Part shown: positions 37,854-51,016 of the stretch, one piece after another
Numbering within the stretch: the stretch's first letter is position 1
Layout of the letters: each line of letters opens with the position of its first letter
Program-made: the position numbers and the translations under genes
Assembly: GCA_964016885.1 (NCBI GenBank)
Contig: OZ024753.1
Span: 3,100,001 to 3,164,000 of the forward strand
Reading direction: 5' to 3'
DNA length: 64,000 nucleotides
Source of the DNA: Eledone cirrhosa
Lineage: Eukaryota
Notes under the pieces: model-generated
What the model was told of the DNA's origin: nothing
Seen by the model: only the letters and a program-made list of their open reading frames with translations
Database searches by the model: none

Positions 37854-37905
37854 ATTGTTCCGAAGACTCCAAACCTCGGTTTGGAAGAAACAATTGTAAG
37901 CGAAT
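37854..37905 (+). ncRNA. mirror hammerhead copy with core changed to CCGAAGA
   Basis: ATTGTT-CCGAAGA-CTCCAAACCTCGGTTTGGAA-GAAACAATTGTA-AGCGAAT. Confidence 0.65.
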
Positions 37906-37935
37906 AAATGGTTTAAACAGAACTTTGATTCATGT

Positions 37936-38014
<79 letters not shown>

Positions 38015-38703
38015 GATGTCATGACAAAAAGCACCCAGTCTACACAGTAACGTGGTTATGTAGGTGTCACAACAAAAAAATCACCAAGTACTCACTCTAA
38101 ATAAAATTGGCTCTAGGAAGGGCATCCAGCTGTAAAAATCATGTGTGTGTGTGTGTTTTGACAATAGTTTATGTCAGACTCTATAATAAAAGTAAACATC
38201 TATAAGATGACTGTAGCAGGTTGTTCAGGTATTTTAAAGGTGTCAAAATATAAACTGAGATGTTAGCTGTCACATGTTTAGACCATTTACAAATAAGAGC
38301 AAATATCCAGGTGAAACAATATAACTGCTACTATGTGAGTGTTCTTCCTACTCAATTACTTCCAGACACTAGATTTAACAAAAGCAGCAAACCTATGTCA
38401 TCACATTTAATTCCTTCTAATTAATACAAATGTTTACTTCATTAGAAATTAAAATTAATACACCTTTCTTAACAGTCTTTCTGTTTCTTTAGACACAAAT
38501 TAAATACGTAAATTAAATGCATTGTCTATTCATGAAGTACATGCATTATCACATTTTGTGATTGGCAAAGTGAAGTGTTTAGATTAGTTGCAGATATACA
38601 TGCTTGGCTGAATAATTTTGCATTACTTCTGACAAGATTAAATACAGTCATAAATGAACAGTCTCTTATTCTTTACTGGTTTTAGTCATTATATATGCAG
38701 CCA

Positions 38704-38755
<52 letters not shown>

Positions 38756-39382
38756 GGAAAAAATGGAACGAAATTTCAAATATATATATATATATATAAA
38801 CTGGATACACACACCATCACTTTATATCTGATTTTCATGCTGGAAATGTGTGTGTAGGAATTTTAAATGATGATGATAATAGTTATATATATCAAGTTGG
38901 TGTCTGGAGCATAACCAAAACTATTTAAGTTTATGATGATTTAACATATGTATGACCACTTGAAAAACAGGCAGCTTTGTGTCATAGAAACAAAGGCAAT
39001 GTCAGTTGGCTTGGTATCAAGATTTATAGAAAAAGAAAGCATTATAAAGGTATTATTTCTGAAGGATATCAATGACGAATTGACTCTACCAGCACTAAAT
39101 ATACTGAGTTTACTATATTGAAATTTAACAAACTCTTCAGAATTATTCAACAATAATGTTTATAGTATCATTTAACCCTAGGCAAGTGTTGATCAAACAG
39201 ATTTATCACCAAACGTTATTAATGTTTTTGAAGCACATAAAACATGTTGCAATCCCCTATTTGCATGCACATACCTTTATATAAATTCTGAAAATGTTTT
39301 CAGAATGAGAAATATATTTAACTGCAATGAAAGGGTAGCCTTTCTTTTTATTCTCTAAGCATGTGTTTATTTTTCTTAGTGT

Positions 39383-39580
39383 TTAAACCTTTAGCATTTA
39401 AACTGGCTGTATCCAGCCAGAATTCTCTCACCTCTTTCTGTTCAAACTGGCTGTGACCAGACTCTCATACTGATGTTAAGGTATTGTTCTCAAAATATCA
39501 TAGATTTGATATGTGAGATAAAGTGTTTACCATGGAAATACAAAATTTTATTTAGAGTAATGTAAATGCTAAAGGGTTAA
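39383..39580 (-). mobile_element. piggyBac-type MITE, copy 5
   Basis: TTAA-ACCTTTAGCATTTA ... TAAATGCTAAAGGG-TTAA. Confidence 0.8.
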
Positions 39581-39599
39581 TCCAGCCTAGACAATGAAC

Positions 39600-40060
39600 A
39601 ACCAGATATAAGAAAAGTCTTTTGTAATCACACATCCTCAACATAGCACCACAAAGACTGATCTTTGACATCAGATTGAGAACCCACTTCCTTCAGGTTC
39701 CAAACAAATATCAACTCTCTACAAATCTCAGGTGAGAGCCACTGCTTCACATAGAGATACTAGACTGCATGCAGAGAAAGGCTTCTTGACTGATTGGCAT
39801 AAAGTTGCTCATAAACATACTGTAATATATGACCCACAGTCATGCTGTCCCATTTTGCTATATTTTCTACCTCTACTATAGTGGCATATGCTCTTTCCCA
39901 CACCCTCCACACTGGCACTTCACATTCTCTCATCACAAACATTATGTCTGCTAAACTAAAGCCCCGAACTAACCCATTCACCCAGTAATTTCTTCAAAAA
40001 CTTTGACCCTCTGACATTTTTGTCTTATAGTCTTTAGCTTCCAACAACATCAATCTTACT
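39600..40060 (-). pseudogene. highly decayed RTE-like RT fragment
   Basis: ORF 39760-39981 (GLVRGFSLADIMFVMR...AYATIVEVE) resembles the RT segment GF..GRS..D.IF..R...Y.AFVDLE. Confidence 0.45.
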
Positions 40061-41732
40061 AGTATCAAAGAAAGTGTGAAGGTCAAGGATATGAACATAT
40101 CCTATTTCTATACTTGAAAAAACAACAACAAAACTAAATAATCAGTAAGCAAAATTGCTAAAATAGTAGTAATTCAAACATTTATCAATCGAACCAAATT
40201 CGAGAATCGACTTTGTCAGAGGCTTGAGAGCTTCTGGACACATAATTAACCTTTGCATTGCTATATTTCATATAAACTGTATTTGGATTAATTGATGATG
40301 AATTTAAAAGGATTTTACAATAGTATTTCATACATAATTTAGTAAAAGTTTCTTAGATATTATTATGTTGAAATATGTTAATATAAATAGAAACCCTTGA
40401 AAAGTGTGATTCAGTTTCATAGAAATAGAGTCGATTTTGATCAGATTGGTATCAAAATGGTTAAAATATGATAAGTAGTCTAATATAAATAATGTGAAGA
40501 ATATTCTAAACTGGAAAGCATTCTGATTCATGAATTATTTCATTGCTACAAGCATCATGTTGTGCCCACTTAACTCTATTCAGCTAAAGCTTCAGACCAA
40601 CAGGGGAAATCAATATTAATTCCAATATTAATCATATTACTATAGAGATACTTCTATTTCCAAGCTCTTTCTATGAGTCATTACACAATTGTTTTCATTT
40701 ATTCACACCATTACATGCCCATATTGAGTCATAATGCCTTTACAATTTGTCTATCTCACAGATTCACATCATGTGCTTGTTATTTAAGTGACATTGTAGT
40801 GGTTACTAGATTTTCTATTCCTTTTTAAAACCAGAGCTGAGTTAAATCTTCCACGAAGTAGTTCCACCAATTATGGGAAATTCTCAAAGTGGTTTTCAAC
40901 ATAAACATCATTGTGAACTTGACCTCACAAGATTTATTCTACCCATAATCCAAATCTGAAATAACCTTTAAGGAGACTGTGAAACATTGGTTTATTTGAT
41001 ATGACTAAGTACATATACTCTGCAGATTAAGGACCAGAAAGATACGTTGATTATAGGCAGATATTCTTAGTTTATTAATATCTACATTGCCATATATAGT
41101 TAAGAAAATAACTCATTTTAGTCACAATGTGTTTTTCTGGTTTTGGCATATATATTCCAGAGCATATGTTTGTTTTTCCCTTCATATTGTTTCATTAAAT
41201 TATTTATTGTTCATTCAATTATTTATATTCTCCCTGGTATGCATGCCACTTTTATGGTTTATTCTATCACACAAAACTACTACAGAATATGTTTAAATAA
41301 ATATGGATGTATGATTGACATATGCAAACAGAAGTGAAAATATTCGACTTCGCTCATGATTAACGAAGATAAATACTCAGAAAGATCCCTTGAGACAAAT
41401 AAATAGCAAATAATAAAGACAAATGAAACTGAATTGTCATCATAATATTAAATGATAACGTGACTTGGACACTGTAATTAAATTTGAACATTTTAAAACA
41501 TATTGATCAAGAGTTTTCTACAACAGTTTTTACACTTTGTTTTCCTTGTTATCTTTATATATTTAATTTCTTTATTTCATAGTCTGGTTAGAAAGAAACA
41601 AAATAGCATATTCTTAAATTAATGGTTTTTGGCAAATTTACATTTGCTACTTTTACCTCCATCTATCATTGGTATTTTTTTAATTTTTTATTTTACTTCA
41701 AATACACCAAAATAGACGCACATATATATATG

Positions 41733-41789
<57 letters not shown>

Positions 41790-42709
41790 ATGTATGTGTA
41801 TATATATATATATACATATGTATATATATATAGGTGTATGTATGTATATGTTATGTATGCATATATGTATATATATATACATTAATTCAAAATATTAATA
41901 AATATAGACATTCATGTGATCAAATATATTTTATTATACATATTTCAGAGGTACTGTGCTATTTCATCAGTACGTCCTCATCAGATAAAATAAATTGATG
42001 TCTGACATACCTCAACTGTGCTGATGGTTCAAATCCAGTCTATATATATACTTTGCAAAAGTAGACTGATTTCATAATGCTAATGTTATTAATAAGATGT
42101 GTCTAGTAGATTGAATCAGCCTGGAATATTACTGGTGACAACATATGAAAACTCCAATATTTATTAAATCAATTCACATCATATTCTATTTCAATATTTT
42201 CAACTATCTTTTTTTATATCTAACAGCATCTAGACTAATATAAAAATAATTGATATCTACCTAACAAATATGTAAATTTTATTTACAGTTGTATAAATAA
42301 CATTATAACTTGTTCATAATTCTTTCAGAAGGAAAATATAAACAGAAATATAAACACTTATAATAAATACAATTAACTATTGCTAAGAACCTCACACATA
42401 TAATGCACCAAAATATACGAGCAGCATGAGAGAGAAAAAATTGGGAACAGAAACAACCATCCATTCACCACCAAGTATGACAATCGGCCACACTTTGCAC
42501 AGGTCAGCAGAATATTTTGATATTAGAATAGGTATACAAACACTAATAACAAACAAAAAAGTACACCTATGTTATATTAAGTAGGACTGATTTATATATA
42601 TTACTGGTATCTCAGATATTTCAGAGGGTTCAGTTATAATGGTGTGTCACAAAGGTAAAGGGAAAGTATTCACCAAGCAAATCACTAGAATGATACACAG
42701 ACACTTCAG

Positions 42710-42830
42710 TTCTGAGTTCAAATCCCGCCGAGGTTAACTTTGCCTTTCATCCTTACGGGGTCGATAAAATAAAGTACCAGTAATACACTGGGTAATTGCT
42801 GGCCTTGTGCCAAAAGTAGAAACAATTATT
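42710..42830 (+). mobile_element. 5'-truncated Meta-domain-like SINE
   Basis: Runs from the B box CTGAGTTCAAATCCC to GTAGAAACAATTATT. Confidence 0.85.
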
Positions 42831-45282
42831 TTTAGACATTTTGCCTAGTCCACTTTTAACGCAGGGGTGTTCAGGGTTTCTTCCCTATGACAGTTTCAAT
42901 TTGTTGTAAAAGGCAAAGCTAACAAATGTTGCAGAAAATGGTAAAATGAATGGAGGAAAATCTTAACAGAAAATATTGAATTGATTCTAGGAATTCTATC
43001 AGCTTTATTCATTTAGTTTCATTCTCTTACATTATTTTAATTTGTGTTAAATTCTATTTTTCAATGTATATATATATATATATATATACTGTGTATGTCT
43101 GTGTATGTAACTGTAGGTTATTTAAACAAGGAAATATTTAACTAGATTATTACTTAAACAAAATCTGAGAAATAATCCAGGATTGTACAGTTTTATTTCT
43201 AAGTGTATAAATCTTTTTGGGAGAATTTTAAAGTGGTTCTCTATTCTTAATTACTGTAAACAAATGCACTAAACATTTTCTTTAAGAATATGAATCTCAG
43301 CTTCAAATTGAAAATGGAAAAATTAACGTTTTAATTCTTTGAAAACAACCATAGAAATATATTCAGAAAGCTAACATAAATTATTTCACAAAGCAAGGAA
43401 TTCTACACGATTATTGCTTCTGTGATGTTTTTGCTACACATCTGCAGTAAAAAAACAACAACCACAATAAATCACCTAACCACCCACACACTGAGAAAAC
43501 TTTTAAAATATTGGTACATTATAACTTTCTTCTTCATGATATCTATGCTTGAGAAATCATAAGATTTTATCAACAGCTTTTTTTGTTGAAGTAGATATTG
43601 ACCAACAGATTTAAGCTGCATGACTTCTTTTCTTCTTTCCTTTCTTACCTCATCCAAAGAAATTTGAATTCTTTTACATTTAAAATTAACATAGATTTTT
43701 TCTCTCTCTAGATGTGAATCTCTTATTTGTGAAATCTCATTTTCTGAAGTTTCAATGAATATGTTACTGTTATATTTAATGAAAGCATCATTGGCAATAC
43801 AACATTATTACTTCGACTGATGTAAGAAACAATTGCCGATAATCTAATGCAAATTTAGCTCATTTCAAAAGAAATGAAAGAATATTGGAAATCTAAAACT
43901 TTATAAGTAAGAAGAAATGTGTAAATGTCAAGATGATGGATAGTTAGTGTATATTGTGCTGGAGGAAAAGAGAGAAAGAATAATTGCTTATAACTCTGGC
44001 AAAATACTCTCGAAAAGATAAGGTTGGCTTTGAAAGATAAGAAAAGAAAGTAATTGAAGAAATTGTTGATGTTCATGAATAGACACCAAATGATAGCTGC
44101 TTTCCTTGTTGCTTTATTTGGCTTGCTTTATGATTATATATTTTTAGTGAATATATCAAAATTTTGGAAAATAAAGAGAGATAGAGAGACAAAGAGTGAG
44201 AGACACAACAGAAAATAGTGATATTTTAGAATAATCTCTTTCATACATTTTTAGGTGTCATGATTGAGTTAATTTATTGTCATGCACAAGTATAAATTCC
44301 TTTCTTTTAAATATGATTTTATGGTCTAGTAGAAAGAACTACCATATATATTTAAAATGTTTTGTGACAAAATATTTAAATTTATACTTTGATAAATTAG
44401 ATTTCCTCTGCTTACTGTTACTAAACCTTTTGTTAAATATCTTCCTCAATCATTTCCTCTTCAAGAATTTCCTTTCCAATTCATTCCTTAACCACATTTC
44501 CTCCATAAGTCTCAACATACAGAACTTCTAGCTGAACATTTGCTGCATCAATCTTCATAGCCTATTAGTGGACTAGTGCAAAAATGGGTTCTGTCACTGT
44601 CCTCTGACTAATTAATTAAAAACATTAATTATTTTGATAATAAGGCTTGAAGTCTTTAACCTATTCACAATGGATGGAATTGATTAGACATGTCAGTTGT
44701 CAGAATCAAATTGGAAAATGTCAAACCTGAATGATTGTACAAAATTATCACCTAAAATTAAAACAGAAATATTATTATTGTGTAAAGGAATAGTTAAACA
44801 TCAACTAAAATATAAGATACATCAACATTTGAATTGTATGGTCATGGAATTTCCTTTAACACAGTTACTGTCTAAAATTTGTTACACATTAAAGACAGAA
44901 TACAGAGATTCTGGGACTTAAAACATCATGACTTATTCCATGTATATGGGATAGCACAACAGGAAAATAGCCAAGTCTTACTGGTCCATACAAATATTTC
45001 ATATGAATATATTAAATTCAATGTTAAGGAGGAACATAATAATTAACTTCAATAATTAACAACATTACATTATATTCACAGAGGTTGATGTCAAAACATT
45101 CATGTATCAACTACAGCTTCCTTCTAATGAGAATGCCTGTAACTTCTTCATCCAATCATCAACATCCTTATATATCACATGTTCACACTACTCCAGTCCG
45201 CTTTCCTGCATACTACAGTTGATTCCTTTTATAACCATTAAGACTTTTATACCCATGTAGGACTTACAATTATAATGACATG

Positions 45283-45450
45283 TGTTTGATTCCTGGATTG
45301 GGTTTTGTGTTGTGTTCTTGAGCAAAACACTTTATTTCATCTTACCTCAGTAGCTGGGGGCTTAAACCTGTTCTGTCTTGTGTTGAGTATTGTATTCTCG
45401 GTTGCTGAATGCCAAGGAAACTAGGATAAGCACTCACACAATGATTCTGA
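45283..45450 (+). mobile_element. decayed CORE-like SINE fragment
   Basis: GTTTGATTCCTGG ... GTGTTCTTGAGCAAAACACTTTATTTCA. Confidence 0.6.
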
Positions 45451-46054
45451 TAGCATCATTGGGTCCACGTTGTTGACCACTTTGTAGTGGGCCCAGAAAA
45501 CTGATCATTGATCTCTGATCTTGATCAGGAGAGTGACGATAACCTGAGACACCAATGGCCTCATATGCAAAGAGGTGAAAAGAGGGCATCATATCAAATG
45601 TCTAACAACATAATACTAGAGGAACTAAAATGCATATTGATCTACTAACCTCATATATGGCGGTGTTTCTTAGAAGGATTATATTTTATCCCTGTACTCT
45701 ACTTACTAAAGTTAATCTATTTGAGAAAAACCTGTTCTACTCCCAGATACGGCATTTAAAAACTCCAACAAAAAGCAACCTACCCATGCTATCATGAAAA
45801 CTGGATAAGGAAAAGTAATGTACATACCACTGCAACAACTGCAGCATTTGCATACATCTATACATATGTGCATATACATTGAAACCTGTCTTTGTCATTG
45901 TTTTTATTTTGTTTAAATAATATTTTAGAATATCTCTGCTGTTTCTTTAAGTTATGTAAATCAAATGAAAAAAATATATTTGTATCAACAAAACTTCTAA
46001 CAATAATAATAGTCACAAACAATTAAACAAATAATTATATTATTTCTTCAATAA

Positions 46055-46268
46055 GGAGGGTGGAGGATTGGCAGTATAAGTAGTCATTGCATGCTTCGTA
46101 ACATATAGTTACATCTCTTTACATTCTTAGTTCAAATCCTACCATGGTTAGCTTTGCTTTTCATCCTTATGGGGTGAATGAAATAAAATACCAGTAGTAT
46201 CCTGGGGTCGATTTAATTGACTTTGCCCTACTCAAAAATTGTTGGCCTTGTGCCTGAATCAGAAAGCA
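46055..46268 (+). mobile_element. diverged Meta-domain-like SINE
   Basis: Head, core and tail are recognisable. Flanked by the direct repeat TATTTCTTCAATAAG. Confidence 0.75.
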
Positions 46269-46283
46269 ATATTTCTTCAATAA

Positions 46284-46960
46284 GTGTCAGAGCGGTTAAG
46301 GAGTTTTCTCTGCAACCAGTATGTTTTGGGTTCAGCCCCACTGTGAGACACCTTGACCAAGTGTCTTCAACTATGTCCTAGAGTTGATCAATGCCTTATG
46401 AGTGGAATTTGACAGATGGAAGCTGTGGAGGCCTATCACACACACACACATATCAATTTGAAAAAATGTCCCACATGGCTAAGATCATACAAAATAAATA
46501 AAAAGGAGTTGGGTGAAGACAATAGAAAAACAGATAAATCAAATTACACCCCCCTCCTCCTCAGTCAATTTCTGGAGGTCCTTATGGTTTATATATATAT
46601 ATATACAGAGTGTCCCCAAAAATGTATGCACCCTTGAACAGCATTCTGATAAATATTGCCTGTACAGGTAATCAAAGTATGTATACATTTTTTGGGACAC
46701 CCTGTATATATGTGTATGTCTGTGTGCATGTGTGTCCATGTCTGTGTTTATGTTTGTGTCTATCAGTGTGTGTGTGTGTGCGTGTTCATGCCTGTGTGTG
46801 TGTTTGTGTCTATCAGTCTATCAGTGTTTATGTCTCATAACTTAGTAGTTTGAAAAAAGAGACTGATAAAATAATTACAGGAGTCCATATGTTTGATGTA
46901 ATCAAAATGTTCTAGCATGGCTACAATATACTGATTGACACAAGTAAGGATAAAGAATAC
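46284..46960 (+). mobile_element. second tRNA-headed CORE-like SINE type with microsatellite interior and nested insertions
   Basis: Head (GGTTAAG ... GGGTTCAGCCCCACTG ... CACCTTGACCAAGTGTCTTC) at 46284-46432, related to 278-360. Probable tail at 46835-46960. Confidence 0.5.
46606..46704. mobile_element. 99-bp Tc1/mariner-type MITE
   Basis: TA-CAGAGTGTCCCCAAAAATGTAT ... ATACATTTTTTGGGACACCCTG-TA. Confidence 0.8.
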
Positions 46961-46977
46961 TACTAATACATAATAAT

Positions 46978-47164
46978 TGTTTCTACTTTAGGCACAAGGC
47001 CAGCAATTACCCAGTACATTACTGGTACTTTATTTTATCGACCCCGTAAGGATGAAAGGCAAAGTTAACCTCGGCGGGATTTGAACTCAGACTGTAAAGG
47101 GATGTAACTATGCTAGAAAGCATGGCGTCCAACCCTCTACCGATATTGCCAATTCACCGCCCTT
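46978..47164 (-). mobile_element. full-length Meta-domain-like SINE
   Basis: Flanked by ATACATAATAAT at 46966-46977 and 47165-47176. Confidence 0.88.
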
Positions 47165-48197
47165 ATACATAATAATAAGGAGAAGACGATGCTGGAAGGA
47201 CCGAAGATAAATTTGGTCTCAGTAGTATTTGAACATAGAAGGCAAAGGGCTATAACTGATAATGTGACATTTTTTAAAGGTTACTCTTTTTTCTATGAAG
47301 TAAAAGCAGTGATTTGACTGCTCTTAAAGTGGTTCAATGAGTAATGTTTGAAATCTAATGTTGCAGAGAAAAGCCCTCAGGATTCAACTTCCTTGAAAAC
47401 AGAGAAATTAGAGAAAGAAGAGAACAGGGTAAGAGTGTAAAAAAATATTGAAGTTAAATACTATTATTTCTTTTACATTTATTTTTCATATTGGTGGAAA
47501 TATTTTAATCCATAATCTTCAAAGATTAATTCCCAGGCAATTGATGGAATGGAACTTTTCCTAAATGAATTCTTAGATTAAAATATAATTTATACTACTA
47601 CCACTAGGGCTGTGCTGGGTTTTGGTTATAATAATAATAACAGTAACCAAAACAGCAACAACAATAATAATTCAATGACAATAGTGATAATATTAATAAT
47701 AAAAATAATTTTATTTGATATAAATGATACTACTATTGATGATCATTGGAGAAATTGACATTAAATTTTGTTATTGATTCATGTTTTTAAAAATATAGTT
47801 ATTATTGCAGTTGTTATTATTATTATTATTATTATTATTAGCCAAGTGTCATAGAGTAAAGCTTTCATTGAATATGCTTTCAATTATCATTTGAAAATAT
47901 TTCACTTGAATTATAATGCTAATATTGTTGCATATTCATCAATCTTTTTTTCTATTTTATTCATTTTAGTTGAAGAGACTCAAATCTGAGACCAAAACAC
48001 TAAAAAACAGTAAACATAGCAAGAATAAATATGATGATGGTGCTGATGGCGAAAAAGGTGAGAGTAAGAAATAGTGGAGGATACAGCAACAGTAAACCAA
48101 CACCATAGGATATAAATATCATTAATGTTTTAATGCTAAACTATTCCATGCTGGCAAAGGTTTGCTGGGGCATTTTGAGGCAGTGTTTTATGGGTGG

Positions 48198-48622
48198 ATG
48201 TGACGTTAGTCACTACCTTAATATTCATAGCAAATGGCCTTCAAAATGTTTTAAAAGAAACATACAGTATATTATTAAATATACAATACATACATTCATA
48301 TATACATCGCTATTTCAGGGAACCATTACAAATTTCTAATTGATGCTGGGCCAGCACCCACTCTGTATGAAAATGAGTTTCAGCAGTTCATAAATATAAC
48401 TGGAATTCTATAAGAATCCAGCTTCTATAGGTTTCGGCAAAAGCAAAGAGGTATGTAGTCTTGACTACCACTTAAAAGTGAGAAATGGTCACCGTCGATT
48501 GCTCCTCTGTGTTTTTCCCGAAGCTAGATATGTGACGTTAGTCACTAGCTTAAAGTTCATAAGGAATGGCCTTCAAAATATTTTAAAATAAACATACAGT
48601 ATATTGTTAAATATACAATATA
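48198..48622. repeat. partial tandem repeat (332-bp period) ending at (TA)n
   Basis: About 90 bp starting TGTGACGTTAGTCACTA occurs at 48198-48290 and again at 48530-48622. Confidence 0.75.
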
Positions 48623-48679
48623 TATATATATATTATATATATATATATGAAATGTTGACTTATAACTCTTGCTTATATA

Positions 48680-49017
48680 TCATCATCATTTCATTTTATG
48701 TCCGCTTTTTCCCTGCTCGCAAGGGTGGGACGGAAACTGATTCTGGCTTGATTTCTACAGCTGGATGCCCTTCCTAACACCAACCTCATTTACAGTGAGT
48801 GCTGGGTGCTTTTTTGCCGTGGCACCTCCACGACCACTTTGCAGTGGAATGATAGGGACCCCAGTCCCTATCATCTAATTTCTACAGCTGAGTAAACTGG
48901 AGCAATGTGAAATAAAGTGTCTTGCTCAAGGAAACAACACATCACCCGGTCTGAGAATTGAACTCACAACCTTTCGATTGCAAAGCCAATGCTATAACCA
49001 CTAAGCCATGTGTCTCC
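48680..49017 (-). mobile_element. full-length CORE-like SINE with RTE-type tail
   Basis: Reverse complement of 11790-12177, with one fewer internal repeat unit. Confidence 0.88.
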
Positions 49018-49811
49018 ATATAATTTTAATCAGTTTCTGATGATTTGATTAAGCATACATTGTATTTAAAATTGAGTGAAACAACTTCAAGTGATTAGAA
49101 ATTTTAGACAACTTAATCAATGAAACAATTGTTCATACTGTAAATAAGACCCTTTTTGTACTGTTGACCATGTTATTCTTCATTCTTTCACTATTATTAC
49201 TCCAAGATTAACCTGCATAGGAATTCCTGAGAACTCACAAACTCGCTACCTAAGGAAACCTCTTGTTGAGTCAAACAACTCTAACTATCCACATTACGGA
49301 GTATTCACAACCTCTAACTGGATTACCTATAACGATAATTTGTTATCCCATATATATATGTCGCCAGATATACAACTTCACATATTTCATATACAAAGCT
49401 ATGTTAGAGTTAATGCCCCTATTTTATCTCTGGCTGAGCCAGGCGTAGCTCTATATGCAAATTTGGCTGATCAATCACTGCAAATAGGCTTCTAAACTAT
49501 ATGTTTAGGCTTATATTATGTTCCAACAGTAAGTGGTCAGCAGTACCCATTTCATAACGACAAAAGTTAGAAATGATGACGACATCATCACTGGTTGCCT
49601 GTACTTAGCTGCTATTGGAACACACTAGATGGTGCTATGCTGTAAGTTTTCAAATCCATAGCGGAAGGCTTTCAAAATGTTTATTTATAAACATATTGTA
49701 TGTCGCAAGATATAAAATTTCACGTATATATATATATATATATATTTCGTTTCTGAATTTGTTTAGCAAGATTCTTTATCTGAAATCGTGTATAACAATA
49801 TATATATATAC

Positions 49812-50061
49812 TCATTAGTTAAGCAAAACAAGACCACGAATTTCACAAGGAAGATATTAAAAGATTGTCAACAGATCAATTATGATATATAGTTATCTGA
49901 TCCAGAAATATTATATGGAGTAGCGAAACAATTGTAAACGGACATTATTAATATTATTATTATTATTCTCTACATTCCTTACATCAAATTAAAATATGTT
50001 GACAATCTTTTAATAATATCTTCCTTGTGAAATTTGTGGTCTTGTTTTGCTTAACTAATGA
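49812..50061 (+). mobile_element. foldback mini-element with hammerhead 3' half
   Basis: Arms at 49812-49873 and 49997-50061. The spacer contains GCGAAACAATTGTA (49923-49936). Confidence 0.65.
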
Positions 50062-50257
50062 ATATTTCCAGCTCTGTGCAACTTCTGCATGAACCCAGCC
50101 ACGTAGCTGCTTTCTACTGCATATTGCACATTGAGCACATGCCTTTATGCTTTGGCTTCTAACTAATTCACCAATCTCTCCTCTCTTATCTCCTCTCCTA
50201 TCTCCATCTCTCTTTAAGATTGGTTAATCTTGAACCGTGTATATATATATATATTTA

Positions 50258-50305
<48 letters not shown>

Positions 50306-50886
50306 CACATATATATATATATGTAAACATAGATTTTAAAGTAGTTTCACTGTTTACTACAATGACTTTTACATCAATCTTGTATTTATTTATGACTAAG
50401 TACACTAAACAATTGAACATTTAATAGTCATTACCAGTATCATATTACACTATCAGTTTGAACATATGTAACATTTACTTTCTCAGCTTGTTGGTCATTA
50501 ATCTATCATTTCTGACATCTGAAAACAAGCTGAGAATCTAGTGTAAGTGGTCTGACAAGAATATAAAGGTGTGCAAGTATTAGTGCAAACAGTTTCAGAA
50601 TTGATTCTGGAGTGACAACAAAATGTTCTGGCTGTTGTTTAGCCCCAAATCAACTATGTTTCAGCAGAACTGATATGCTGCAGGCCATATTGTCTATACA
50701 CCGATGCCACTGCATGCTTTAAATTGTTACAATATAAAAATGCATGCAGTAGACTTCCATATACACACGCATGTATGTATTTATGTATGTATATACATAC
50801 ATAGAAATATACGCACAAATATATATATAGATTAGTGAAAAGAGCACTTAATACTTAAATAGAGTTTAAATATTCATTTATTACTG

Positions 50887-50965
50887 TTAAGAAGGGAGTC
50901 TTGTTACTCTGAAGATCATGCAAGTACATATGCGAAACCCCAGAGTGACAAGACTCATTACTTAG

Positions 50966-50966
<1 letters not shown>
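50887..50966 (+). mobile_element. tiny foldback with hammerhead core remnant next to (TA)n
   Basis: GAGTCTTGTTACT-CTGAAGA-TCATGCAAGTACATATGC-GAAAC-CCCAG-AGTGACAAGACTC. Confidence 0.5.

Positions 50967-51016
<50 letters not shown>

Larger units (their letters stand above)
37590..37940 (-). mobile_element. foldback mini-element with a hammerhead in each arm
   Basis: Arms at 37750-37835 and 37854-37940, with a tail toward 37590. Flanked by (TA)n and (CT)n(TA)n. Confidence 0.8.

Noticed and set aside
41944-41990. Minus-strand CTGATGA...GAAA hammerhead-like core
   Set aside because: No convincing stem I or stem III pairing.
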